This document shows, in pieces, positions 9,317 through 17,585 of a DNA stretch of 64,000 bases. The number at the start of each line of letters is the position of its first letter. The stretch's first letter is position 1. The notes beneath the pieces were generated by a model. That model was not told the DNA's origin, did no database searches, and saw nothing but the letters and a program-made list of their open reading frames with translations. Source of the DNA: an uncultured Hyphomicrobiales bacterium (GTDB lineage: Bacteria > Bacteroidota > Ignavibacteria > Kapaibacteriales > UBA2268); NCBI GenBank assembly GCA_964509335.1, contig CAZDXB010000010.1:3977-67976 (forward strand). The letters are read 5' to 3'. Both the position numbers and the translations under genes were made by a program.

Positions 9317-11041
9317 ATGCGCTCGGGAAATTTTCTGTTTGTTCTGCACGCTCATCTCCCTTGGGTTCTGCATCACGGCTACGCCCCGCACGGAACCGAT
9401 TGGCTCTGCGAAGCTGTCGCCGAATGCTACATCCCAATAGTCAACCATCTGAACGAACTAAAAAACGAAAAAAACCAAGCGAAGATAACAATGGACATCT
9501 CCCCCGTCTTATGCGAGCAACTGGAACACAAAGATTTTTCCAAAGTCTTCAAAGAATATTGCGACGAAAAAATAAAATGGGCGGAGAAAGACGAAAAACG
9601 ATTCAAAGAACTTGGCTACGACCCTGCGCAAATCTATATGGCTCAATACTGGCGCGAATGGTATAACGACAGAAAGAACAACTACTTATTTAATTACGGC
9701 GAATCGGTAATCGGAGCTTTAAAAGAACTGCAAGACGACGGGATTTTAGAGATAGCGACCTGCGGCGCCACCCACGGCTATTTGCCGCTTTTGCCGACCG
9801 ACGAAAGCGTAAACCTGCAAATCGAAGCCGCCGTCAATAATTACGAAAAACACTTCCAACGCTCTCCCAGAGGAATTTGGCTACCCGAATGCGCCTACAG
9901 ACCAAGCTACGAATGGAAGTCTTATCTACCAATCGAACCTTTCCATAAACCAAAACTCAGACCCGGAATCGAGCAAATTCTCGCCGCTCACGGTTTGGAG
10001 TATTTTTTCACGGACCAAAACCTAACTGAAAGAACAGCGCCTATCGGAGTTTTCATCGACAATCAAAAAGAGAAATTCATCCCTAAGGACTCGCCCGATT
10101 ACAAAGCGTTTCCGCGAAATTTCGAGGATTTAATATATAAACCGTATATCGCCAGTTCGAGCGAGAAAGTCGAATACGGAACGGCGGCTGTATTCACGCG
10201 ACACAGAGATATTTCAATGCAAGTTTGGAGCGGGGACATCGGCTATCCAGCCGAACCGAATTATTTGGACTTCCACAAAAAACAGTTCGGCTCTAATCTC
10301 AGATACTGGCGCGTTACCGACAGCAAAGCGGATATGATGTATAAAACGCTATACCATCCGGATTGGACTAAAGATAAAATCGATTTGCAAGCGAACCATT
10401 TTATCCATCACATAGAAAACGCCCTTAACTATTATCACAATAACACCGGACAAATCGGAACGCTCTGCGCGCCCTTCGACGCTGAATTATTCGGGCATTG
10501 GTGGTTCGAAGGACCGGATTTTATCAAGTCGGTTTTGAGAGGATTGAGCAATTCGCCTTGGGTGGACGCCTCGACCGCTTCGGAACAATTAAATAGAATC
10601 AACCCGAAAGAAACTCTACGGCTCCCGGAAGGCTCCTGGGGAGTCAACAACAATCACGACGTTTGGTTTAACAAAGACAACAAATGGACTTGGGAAGCGA
10701 TTTACAACAGCGAAAACAGAATTAGGGAAATAATCTCCGAAAACGATACCGGTAATTTAAGCGAAGCGCGCGAACGAACTTTAAAACAAGCCTTAAGAGA
10801 GCTAACTTTGATGGAAGCCTCCGATTGGCAATTTTTGATTCACGCCCGCACAGCGGAAGACTACGCCCAACAGAGATTGTATTTCCATCATTCCGACTTC
10901 AATAAACTTTGCGATTTATTCGAAAAGCGCGACGACAAAGACAACTTTAAAGAAAATGAAATAAAATACTTAGAGCAAGTTGAGCAAAGAAACTCGATAT
11001 TCCCTGAAATTGAAATTGAATGTTACAGGAAGATAATTTAG
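9317..11041 (+). CDS. Glycoside hydrolase family 57 enzyme, 1,4-alpha-glucan branching enzyme-like
   Basis: N-terminal GH57 signature FVLHAHLPWVLHHGY..G.DWL.EA.AECYIP. Length 574 aa, consistent with GH57 branching enzymes that carry a C-terminal DUF1957-like region. Confidence 0.75.
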   Translation: MRSGNFLFVLHAHLPWVLHHGYAPHGTDWLCEAVAECYIPIVNHLNELKNEKNQAKITMDISPVLCEQLEHKDFSKVFKEYCDEKIKWAEKDEKRFKELGYDPAQIYMAQYWREWYNDRKNNYLFNYGESVIGALKELQDDGILEIATCGATHGYLPLLPTDESVNLQIEAAVNNYEKHFQRSPRGIWLPECAYRPSYEWKSYLPIEPFHKPKLRPGIEQILAAHGLEYFFTDQNLTERTAPIGVFIDNQKEKFIPKDSPDYKAFPRNFEDLIYKPYIASSSEKVEYGTAAVFTRHRDISMQVWSGDIGYPAEPNYLDFHKKQFGSNLRYWRVTDSKADMMYKTLYHPDWTKDKIDLQANHFIHHIENALNYYHNNTGQIGTLCAPFDAELFGHWWFEGPDFIKSVLRGLSNSPWVDASTASEQLNRINPKETLRLPEGSWGVNNNHDVWFNKDNKWTWEAIYNSENRIREIISENDTGNLSEARERTLKQALRELTLMEASDWQFLIHARTAEDYAQQRLYFHHSDFNKLCDLFEKRDDKDNFKENEIKYLEQVEQRNSIFPEIEIECYRKII

Positions 11042-11050
11042 CCGACGGAT

Positions 11051-12469
11051 ATGTCCAAAGCTAGAAGAATACTAAAAAATATGCTCTCGCTCTCGGCGGC
11101 TGAAATCGCCAACAAGGGCATCGCTTTGGTAACAATGGCGTATCTCGCCCGAGTGTTGCTACCCGACGGCTTCGGAATAATCGGCTGGGCGAATTCCTTT
11201 ACTATTTACTTCATCGCCGCCGTCAACTTAGGCTTCGAAATCGTAGGCTCTCGCGAAGTAGCTAAAAATCCCGGCGAAATTAGAAAATACGTCAACAACA
11301 TCTTGTCCATCAAAATCTCGACAGCTCTCGCGCTTTACGCCCTTTTAGGCTTAATAGTGTTTCTATTCGTCGATAAACCGCTTTTTGTCAAATGGGTCGT
11401 AATGATTTCCGGGTTGAATCTTTTCGCTCACGCCGTTCTGCTTAATTGGGCGTTCAAGGGGATAGAAAAGATGGAAATCATCGCTCTCCGACAAGCCGCT
11501 ACTAGCGTTCTTAATCTGGTCGGCATTCTTATATTAGTTCACAGTCCTTCCGACATAGCTATCGCTATGTCCGTAACCGTCGGCTCGATGATTTTAAACT
11601 CCTTGTGGATGCTTCTATACTACGTCAAACTTTTCGGACGCGTCCGCTTCGAATATAACTACGACTTCTGGAAAAAACTGTTAAGCTCGTCAATACCGAT
11701 TTCTTTAAACTTTTTTATTATTTCAATAAACAACTACCTCAATATGTTTCTATTGGGATTGATGCGCTCCGACTACGAAACCGGCATTTACAACGCCGGC
11801 TTCAAAGTTCTGGCATTCTCGCTAGCGCCTTCGGGAATTTTGCAAAACGCGTTTTTCCCGCAACTATCGCGTTCGACAACTACCGAAGAACGTCGCAAAG
11901 TAACGGAGAAATACGCCCTGTTAACTTTTTTGGCGGGAACGATTATTTCTTGCGGCATATTCGTTTTTTCCGATTACGTAATAGACGTAGGCTTCGGAGA
12001 TAACTACGGCGATTCGGTTATTGTTCTACAATTACTTATGGTTGGAGCTTTAGTAACTTATTTGAACGTTACGTATTCGGCGCCGCTTCTTAGCTGGAAC
12101 TTAGAAAAATACGTCGTTTGGGCTATGGGCGCGGGCTGCGTAATTAATCTGATTTTTAATTTAATACTAATTCCGAAATACGGAGCAATGGGAGCGGCTA
12201 TAGCCACCGTCCTAACCGAAACCGCCGTGCTTATCGGTCTTGCCGTTATAATGTGGAAAACCATTAAAAAAGTTTATGTCGCGAAATTTTTGGTCGTTTT
12301 TCTCTACGCCGCTTTCTCCTGCGCCGCCGGTTACTTTATTATGCAAGCGAACGTTCATCCGCTAATTGCCGGTTCAATTAGCTTAGTAATCTTTATTTTT
12401 CTTAACTTTATATTCAAGACAATTACAATTGCGGAAATAAAAATGTATTTGAATAAACAAAACAAATAG
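11051..12469 (+). CDS. Wzx-like oligosaccharide/polysaccharide flippase (MOP superfamily)
   Basis: About 12 predicted TM helices. N-terminal S(A)AEIANKG...ARVL.P..FG motif typical of polysaccharide biosynthesis (Wzx) proteins. Length 472 aa. Confidence 0.7.
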   Translation: MSKARRILKNMLSLSAAEIANKGIALVTMAYLARVLLPDGFGIIGWANSFTIYFIAAVNLGFEIVGSREVAKNPGEIRKYVNNILSIKISTALALYALLGLIVFLFVDKPLFVKWVVMISGLNLFAHAVLLNWAFKGIEKMEIIALRQAATSVLNLVGILILVHSPSDIAIAMSVTVGSMILNSLWMLLYYVKLFGRVRFEYNYDFWKKLLSSSIPISLNFFIISINNYLNMFLLGLMRSDYETGIYNAGFKVLAFSLAPSGILQNAFFPQLSRSTTTEERRKVTEKYALLTFLAGTIISCGIFVFSDYVIDVGFGDNYGDSVIVLQLLMVGALVTYLNVTYSAPLLSWNLEKYVVWAMGAGCVINLIFNLILIPKYGAMGAAIATVLTETAVLIGLAVIMWKTIKKVYVAKFLVVFLYAAFSCAAGYFIMQANVHPLIAGSISLVIFIFLNFIFKTITIAEIKMYLNKQNK

Positions 12470-12475
12470 TTAACT

Positions 12476-13600
12476 ATGAAATACGACTATCTTATTGTGG
12501 GAGCGGGATTCGCCGGTTGCGTCTTGGCGGAAAGAATAGCCGAAGAGCTAGACAAGAAAGTATTAATCGTCGAAAAGCGCAACAGCGTCGGCGGCAATTG
12601 CTACGACTTCCCAAACGAAAAGGGCATAATCGTCCACAAATACGGTCCCCACGCATTCCACACAAACAATGAAGAAGTTTGGAATTATTTATCTAGATTC
12701 ACCGACTGGCACGACTATCAGCATAAAGTTTTAGCTTTCGTTCAAGGCAAAAAAATTCCAATCCCTTTCAATCTTAATTCGATAGACCAATTCTTCGCCG
12801 AAAGCAAAGCCGAAGAGTATAAAAAAGCTCTCGTCGATACTTACGGCGAGGACAAAAGAATACCGATTTTGAAGCTAAAAGAGACGGAAAACGACACTTT
12901 GAAAGAGCTAGCCGACTTTGTCTATAAAAACGTTTTTTACGGCTATACAATCAAGCAATGGGGAATGCCGCCCGAAGAACTCGACTTTTCAGTTACGGCG
13001 AGAGTTCCCGTGTTCACCGGAAGAGACGACCGTTACTTCCACGATAAATACCAAGGAATCCCCGCTAAGGGCTACACAAACCTTTTTAAAAAAATAATCG
13101 ACCATAAAAACATAAAACTGGCTCTAAACACGACTTATAGAAAAGTACTCGGAGAAGTGGAATTCGACAAACTCATATACACCGGTCCTATCGATTACTT
13201 CTTCGACTATATGCACGGCAAATTGCCTTACAGAAGCCTAAGATTTCAATTCAATACTCTAAATAAGGAATACTTCCAGGAAACCGCGCAAATCAACTTC
13301 CCAAGCTTTTATCACTATACTAGAATAACCGAGTTCAAGCATTTTTTAAAAAAGTCAAATCGTTTCACTACTATAGCCTACGAATATCCGATGGAGTTCG
13401 AACCCAATATAAACGAGCCTTACTACCCAATACCAAAAGAAGAGAACCGAAAAATCTACGAGAAATATAAAGAAGAAGCGGCGAAAATTGAAAAGAACGT
13501 TACTTTCATCGGAAGATTAGCCGAATACAGATATTATAATATGGACGAAATTGTCGCGGCGAGTTTGCTTGCTTTTAAAAACAAAATAGCGAACAAATAG
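12476..13600 (+). CDS. glf: UDP-galactopyranose mutase
   Basis: YDYLIVGAGFAGCVLAERIA FAD fold. IVHKYGPHAFHTNNEEVW, FNLNS and YYNMDE motifs conserved in Glf. Length 374 aa. Confidence 0.9.
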   Translation: MKYDYLIVGAGFAGCVLAERIAEELDKKVLIVEKRNSVGGNCYDFPNEKGIIVHKYGPHAFHTNNEEVWNYLSRFTDWHDYQHKVLAFVQGKKIPIPFNLNSIDQFFAESKAEEYKKALVDTYGEDKRIPILKLKETENDTLKELADFVYKNVFYGYTIKQWGMPPEELDFSVTARVPVFTGRDDRYFHDKYQGIPAKGYTNLFKKIIDHKNIKLALNTTYRKVLGEVEFDKLIYTGPIDYFFDYMHGKLPYRSLRFQFNTLNKEYFQETAQINFPSFYHYTRITEFKHFLKKSNRFTTIAYEYPMEFEPNINEPYYPIPKEENRKIYEKYKEEAAKIEKNVTFIGRLAEYRYYNMDEIVAASLLAFKNKIANK

Positions 13601-13682
13601 CAAAGGGATTCTGAGCTATATTTCATAAATTTGATTTTTTGATTTTTCAACTAAAGCGGATTTTGAAATAAGCTAATAGGGA

Positions 13683-15122
13683 ATGGAAAACGACAAACAA
13701 CAAAACGAAACGCCTCTTTGCGTCGATTTAGACGGAGCTTTAATACATACCGACTCCCTAGCGGAAAACTTCCTTTTAGCTCTGAAGAAATCGCCGTTCG
13801 TTATATTTCTCTCGCTTTTTTGGATAACTCGAGGCAGAGCTTACTTGAAAAAACGCTTAGCCGAAATCGCTATCCCCGACCCCGAAATATTGCCTTACAA
13901 CAAAGACGTATTAGAATACGTTAAAGCGGAAAAAAATAAGGGCAGAAAAATAATTTTGGCGACCGCGACCGTAAAACCAATAGCCGAATCAGTCGCAAAA
14001 TACCTAGGCGTATTCGACCGAACGCTTTCCACCGTTGGCGACGTAAACCTTCGTTGCAAAAACAAACGAGACGCTTTAATTGAGTTATTCGGCAAAAAAG
14101 GATTCGATTATCTCGGCGACAGCAAAGCCGATTTGCCCGTCTGGGAGGCGGCGAATAAAGCTATACTTGTCGAGCCTACAAAGAAAGTTGAAAAGAAAGC
14201 TCGTAAGAAATCCAAAGTAGAAAAAGTCTTTATAAAACAAAGAAAGCCGATTAAAGTTCTTATAAAACAGATTCGCGTCTATCAATGGGTAAAAAATATA
14301 CTCGTCTTTTTGCCGTTTCTGTTGGCGCACGAACTTCACTTTACGCATCTTTACAAAGGTATAGCGGCGTTTTTCGCTTTTAGCTTTACCGCTTCGTTCG
14401 TTTACGTCCTAAACGATTTGCTAGATTTAGAAGCGGACAGAAGACATCCGAGAAAAAAATTTAGACCGCTTGCTTCAGGCTTTTTAACTCTCAAATCCGG
14501 AGCTACGGCGGGATTATTCTCAATTATTATCGGACTCGCCGTTTCAATTTTCTTTCTGCCGATTGAATTTCTATATATTTTACTCATTTATTTATTTTTA
14601 ACGACTTCTTATTCCTTTTTCTTAAAGCGGATAATTATAGTGGACGTAATCACTCTCGCCTGCCTTTACACCTTAAGACTGCTGGCGGGAGCGGCGGCTG
14701 TGCAAGTCGAGGCTTCGCCTTGGCTCCTCGGTTTTTCCATCTTCTTGTTCCTCAGCTTGGGAATCATTAAAAGATATACCGAGCTTTCGGGAGTCAAAGA
14801 ACAAAATAAATCAAAAATAAAAGAACGCGGATATAGAATAAGCGATTTAGCTTTTTTAAGCTCGGCTGGACCGGCTAGCGGATATATTTCAGTTTTGGTT
14901 CTGGCGTTGTACGTAAACGGCGAAAAAGTAGCCTCGTTATACAGCGTCCCGCAAGCGCTATGGGTAGTAGTTTTGAGTTGCCTATTCTGGATTTCTAGAA
15001 TGTGGCTAAAAGCTTTTAGAGGCGAAATGCACGACGACCCAATAGTATTCACCGCGAAAGACCCCGCTAGTTATATAGTCGGACTAATTGTAGCTGGAAT
15101 AGCGATAGGAGCGAGTTTATGA
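13683..15122 (+). CDS. Fusion of an N-terminal HAD-like hydrolase domain to a UbiA-family prenyl-phosphate phosphoribosyltransferase (decaprenyl-phosphate 5-phosphoribosyltransferase-like, Rv3806c type)
   Basis: HAD motif I DLDGAL and motif IV GDSKADLP in the first 160 aa or so. Then 8-9 TM helices with UbiA motif NDLLDLEADRRHPRKKFRPLASG and a conserved C-terminal region. Confidence 0.7.
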   Translation: MENDKQQNETPLCVDLDGALIHTDSLAENFLLALKKSPFVIFLSLFWITRGRAYLKKRLAEIAIPDPEILPYNKDVLEYVKAEKNKGRKIILATATVKPIAESVAKYLGVFDRTLSTVGDVNLRCKNKRDALIELFGKKGFDYLGDSKADLPVWEAANKAILVEPTKKVEKKARKKSKVEKVFIKQRKPIKVLIKQIRVYQWVKNILVFLPFLLAHELHFTHLYKGIAAFFAFSFTASFVYVLNDLLDLEADRRHPRKKFRPLASGFLTLKSGATAGLFSIIIGLAVSIFFLPIEFLYILLIYLFLTTSYSFFLKRIIIVDVITLACLYTLRLLAGAAAVQVEASPWLLGFSIFLFLSLGIIKRYTELSGVKEQNKSKIKERGYRISDLAFLSSAGPASGYISVLVLALYVNGEKVASLYSVPQALWVVVLSCLFWISRMWLKAFRGEMHDDPIVFTAKDPASYIVGLIVAGIAIGASL

Positions 15123-16447
15123 ATATAACGGCTTATGAATCTTGGGGCAGATATCCGAAATTATACCCCTCGGAAGTAGAAAGAATATTTTGGCGGGACG
15201 AATTGCCCGACTTATCAAAATACAACAAGCCGGTTTTGCCATACGCATACGGCAAAAGCTACGGCGACAGTTGCTTAAACGAAAACGGAATTTTACTAGA
15301 CGTTAAAGGATTGAATAAATTAATATCCTTCGACCAGAAAAACGGAATAATAAAATGCGAAGCCGGCGTTACGCTCGCGGAAGTTTTAGACTTTGCAATT
15401 CCTAGAGAATGGTTTCCCGCTTCGACGCCCGGAACAAAGCATATTTCCGTCGGCGGCGCTTTGGCGAACGACGTTCACGGCAAAAACCATCACAAAAGCG
15501 GAACTTTCGGGCGCCACGTTGTCAGCTTCGAATTAGTCCGCTCTTCTGGAGAAAGATTGATTTGCTCCCGCGAACAAAACGAAGAACTATTCAAAGCGAC
15601 AATTGGCGGACTTGGATTGACCGGCTTGATTACTTGGGTAGAATTCAAATTACAGTCCTGCCCCAGCGCGTTTCTCGAAATGGAGAGCGAAAAATTCGAT
15701 TCTCTGGAGGAATTTTTCGAAATAAACGAATATTCGGAAAAACGATTCGATTATACGGTTGCATGGGTTGACACTACCGCTTCGTCTTCGAGGCTTGGTC
15801 GCGGAATTTACAACAGAGGCAACCATGCTTCGCCGGAAAAGCATAACTTGCCAAAGCCGCCAAAACCGAAGCAAATACCAATGCCTATAGAAGCGCCGTT
15901 CATAAACCATTGCTCGACGCTAGCTTTTAATACCATGTATTTTAACATACAAATGTATAAAACAATCGACCAGATTATACATTACGACCCGTTTTTCTAT
16001 CCGCTCGACGCCGTCGCGAACTGGAATTTAGCTTACGGCAAAAACGGATTCATCCAATATCAATTCGTCGTCCCATTCGAGAAAGGCGCCGAAGCGATAA
16101 AATTAATTTTAGAAAAAATCGCCGCCTCCGGCATGTCTTCTTTTTTGACCGTGCTTAAGACGTTCGGAGACGTTAAATCTCCCGGCACGATGTCGTTCCC
16201 TCGCCCGGGAATAACATTAGCGGTGGATTTCCGTTACGACGGCGAAAAAACGCTAAAAAAGCTCTTAGAATTAGACGAAGTAGTTAGAGGAGCGGGCGGA
16301 GTCATATATCCGGCAAAAGACGCGCGAATGCTCGCCGAGGATTTCAAAATATTTTACCCGCAATGGAAAGAATTTTCAGATTACATAGACCCTAAATTCT
16401 CCTCGAGTTTTTGGCGGAGAGTAACAAAAAACGACAATAATTATTAA
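15119..16447 (+). CDS. FAD-binding (PCMH-type) oxidoreductase, DprE1-like (decaprenylphosphoryl-beta-D-ribose 2-prime oxidase family)
   Basis: ATGA overlap with the upstream gene. FAD-binding domain with GGALANDVHG. 442 aa with a C-terminal ALO-like region. Genomic context with UbiA PRTase and SDR. Confidence 0.65.
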   Translation: MNITAYESWGRYPKLYPSEVERIFWRDELPDLSKYNKPVLPYAYGKSYGDSCLNENGILLDVKGLNKLISFDQKNGIIKCEAGVTLAEVLDFAIPREWFPASTPGTKHISVGGALANDVHGKNHHKSGTFGRHVVSFELVRSSGERLICSREQNEELFKATIGGLGLTGLITWVEFKLQSCPSAFLEMESEKFDSLEEFFEINEYSEKRFDYTVAWVDTTASSSRLGRGIYNRGNHASPEKHNLPKPPKPKQIPMPIEAPFINHCSTLAFNTMYFNIQMYKTIDQIIHYDPFFYPLDAVANWNLAYGKNGFIQYQFVVPFEKGAEAIKLILEKIAASGMSSFLTVLKTFGDVKSPGTMSFPRPGITLAVDFRYDGEKTLKKLLELDEVVRGAGGVIYPAKDARMLAEDFKIFYPQWKEFSDYIDPKFSSSFWRRVTKNDNNY

Positions 16448-16459
16448 TAATAAAACAAC

Positions 16460-17206
16460 ATGAAAGCTATGAAAAAAATATTGATTTTTGGAGCCGCTTC
16501 GGCAATCGCGAGCGAAACGGCGAAACGATTCGCCGCCGAAAAAGCCGATTTATTCCTCGTAGATTTAAATTTATCGCGATTAGAAGCGACGAAAGACGAC
16601 ATTCTCGCTAGATTTGAAACTAACATTCATTTAAAAGAAATGAACGCTCTCGAATATGAAAATCACGATAAATTATTCGAAGAGGCGGCTGAAACACTCG
16701 GCGGGCTCGACGACGTTTTAATCGCCCACGGAACCCTGCCCGACCAAGACAAAGCGCTTTACGAGCCGAAAACAATGGAAAAAGAACTGAATATAAATTA
16801 CGTCAGCGTAGTTTCTTTAGCGCAAGCCGCGGCGAATTTCTTTGAAAAGCAAAAACGGGGTTGCGTCGCCGTAATATCTTCCGTCGCCGGCGACAGAGGA
16901 CGCCAAAGCAACTATCTATACGGCTCGGCTAAAGGGGGCGTAACGGCTTTCCTGCAAGGACTGAGAAATAGAATGGACCAATTCGGAATAAAAGTAATTA
17001 CTATTAAGCCCGGCTTGGTTGATACACCAATGACCGCCCATCTACCGAAAAATCCTTTATACTCAAAACCGGAAGACATCGGCAAAATAATATACAACGC
17101 AATGAAAAAGGGCAAAGAAATAGTTTACGCCCCAAGCTTCTGGCGATTCGTAATGCTCGGAATAATCCACACGCCCGAAGCCATTTTTAAGAAATTAAAA
17201 TTGTAA
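16460..17206 (+). CDS. Short-chain dehydrogenase/reductase, DprE2-like
   Basis: Rossmann motif IFGAASAIA. Catalytic YxxxK (YGSAK). 248 aa. Context immediately downstream of the DprE1-like gene. Confidence 0.6.
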   Translation: MKAMKKILIFGAASAIASETAKRFAAEKADLFLVDLNLSRLEATKDDILARFETNIHLKEMNALEYENHDKLFEEAAETLGGLDDVLIAHGTLPDQDKALYEPKTMEKELNINYVSVVSLAQAAANFFEKQKRGCVAVISSVAGDRGRQSNYLYGSAKGGVTAFLQGLRNRMDQFGIKVITIKPGLVDTPMTAHLPKNPLYSKPEDIGKIIYNAMKKGKEIVYAPSFWRFVMLGIIHTPEAIFKKLKL

Positions 17207-17585
17207 AGAATACCGCCACAGAACTCGTAAAGACGCAATATCTTGCGTCTCTTAAACGGAACGTAGAGCGGACGCCCTCGTCTGCTCTAAAATAGTAATT
17301 CTTAATTAGTCTGCTCTAAACTAGTGATTCTTAATTAGTAATTATTTTACGAAGACGGGGGCGTCTTCGCTACTATAGCGATAACCGACAGCTTCAGCTG
17401 TCGGCTGGCAATAAAAGGCGTCCTGAACATAGGCAGATAGCTAAAGAGACTGTCTAAAAAGCTATCTGTTACCCTTTGATTATCATTCTTCTTTTAAAAT
17501 TCCAATTTCGGAAGGCGCCAAAAAAAAAGAGACGCAATATCTTGCGTCTCTACTTCTGAACTAAATCTTTTTCGTTCTGAGAATT
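17207..17585. repeat. Repeat-dense intergenic region
   Basis: Two copies of hairpin gagacgcaatatcttgcgtctc (17222.., 17529..). Tandem repeat of about 30 bp tctgctctaaa(a/c)tagt(a/g)attcttaattagt x2. Hairpins gaagacgggggcgtcttc, cgacagcttcagctgtcg and cagatagc...gctatctg. A half-copy of the TTCCAATTTCGGAA element. Confidence 0.6.
17520..17551 (-). terminator. Rho-independent terminator of pnp
   Basis: Perfect 10-bp stem agagacgcaa/ttgcgtctct, followed on the minus strand by a run of nine T. Confidence 0.7.

Noticed and set aside
9361-9666. 101-aa R/K-rich ORF overlapping the start of the GH57 gene
   Set aside because: It is out of frame with a well-supported GH57 N-terminal signature and is a compositional artefact.
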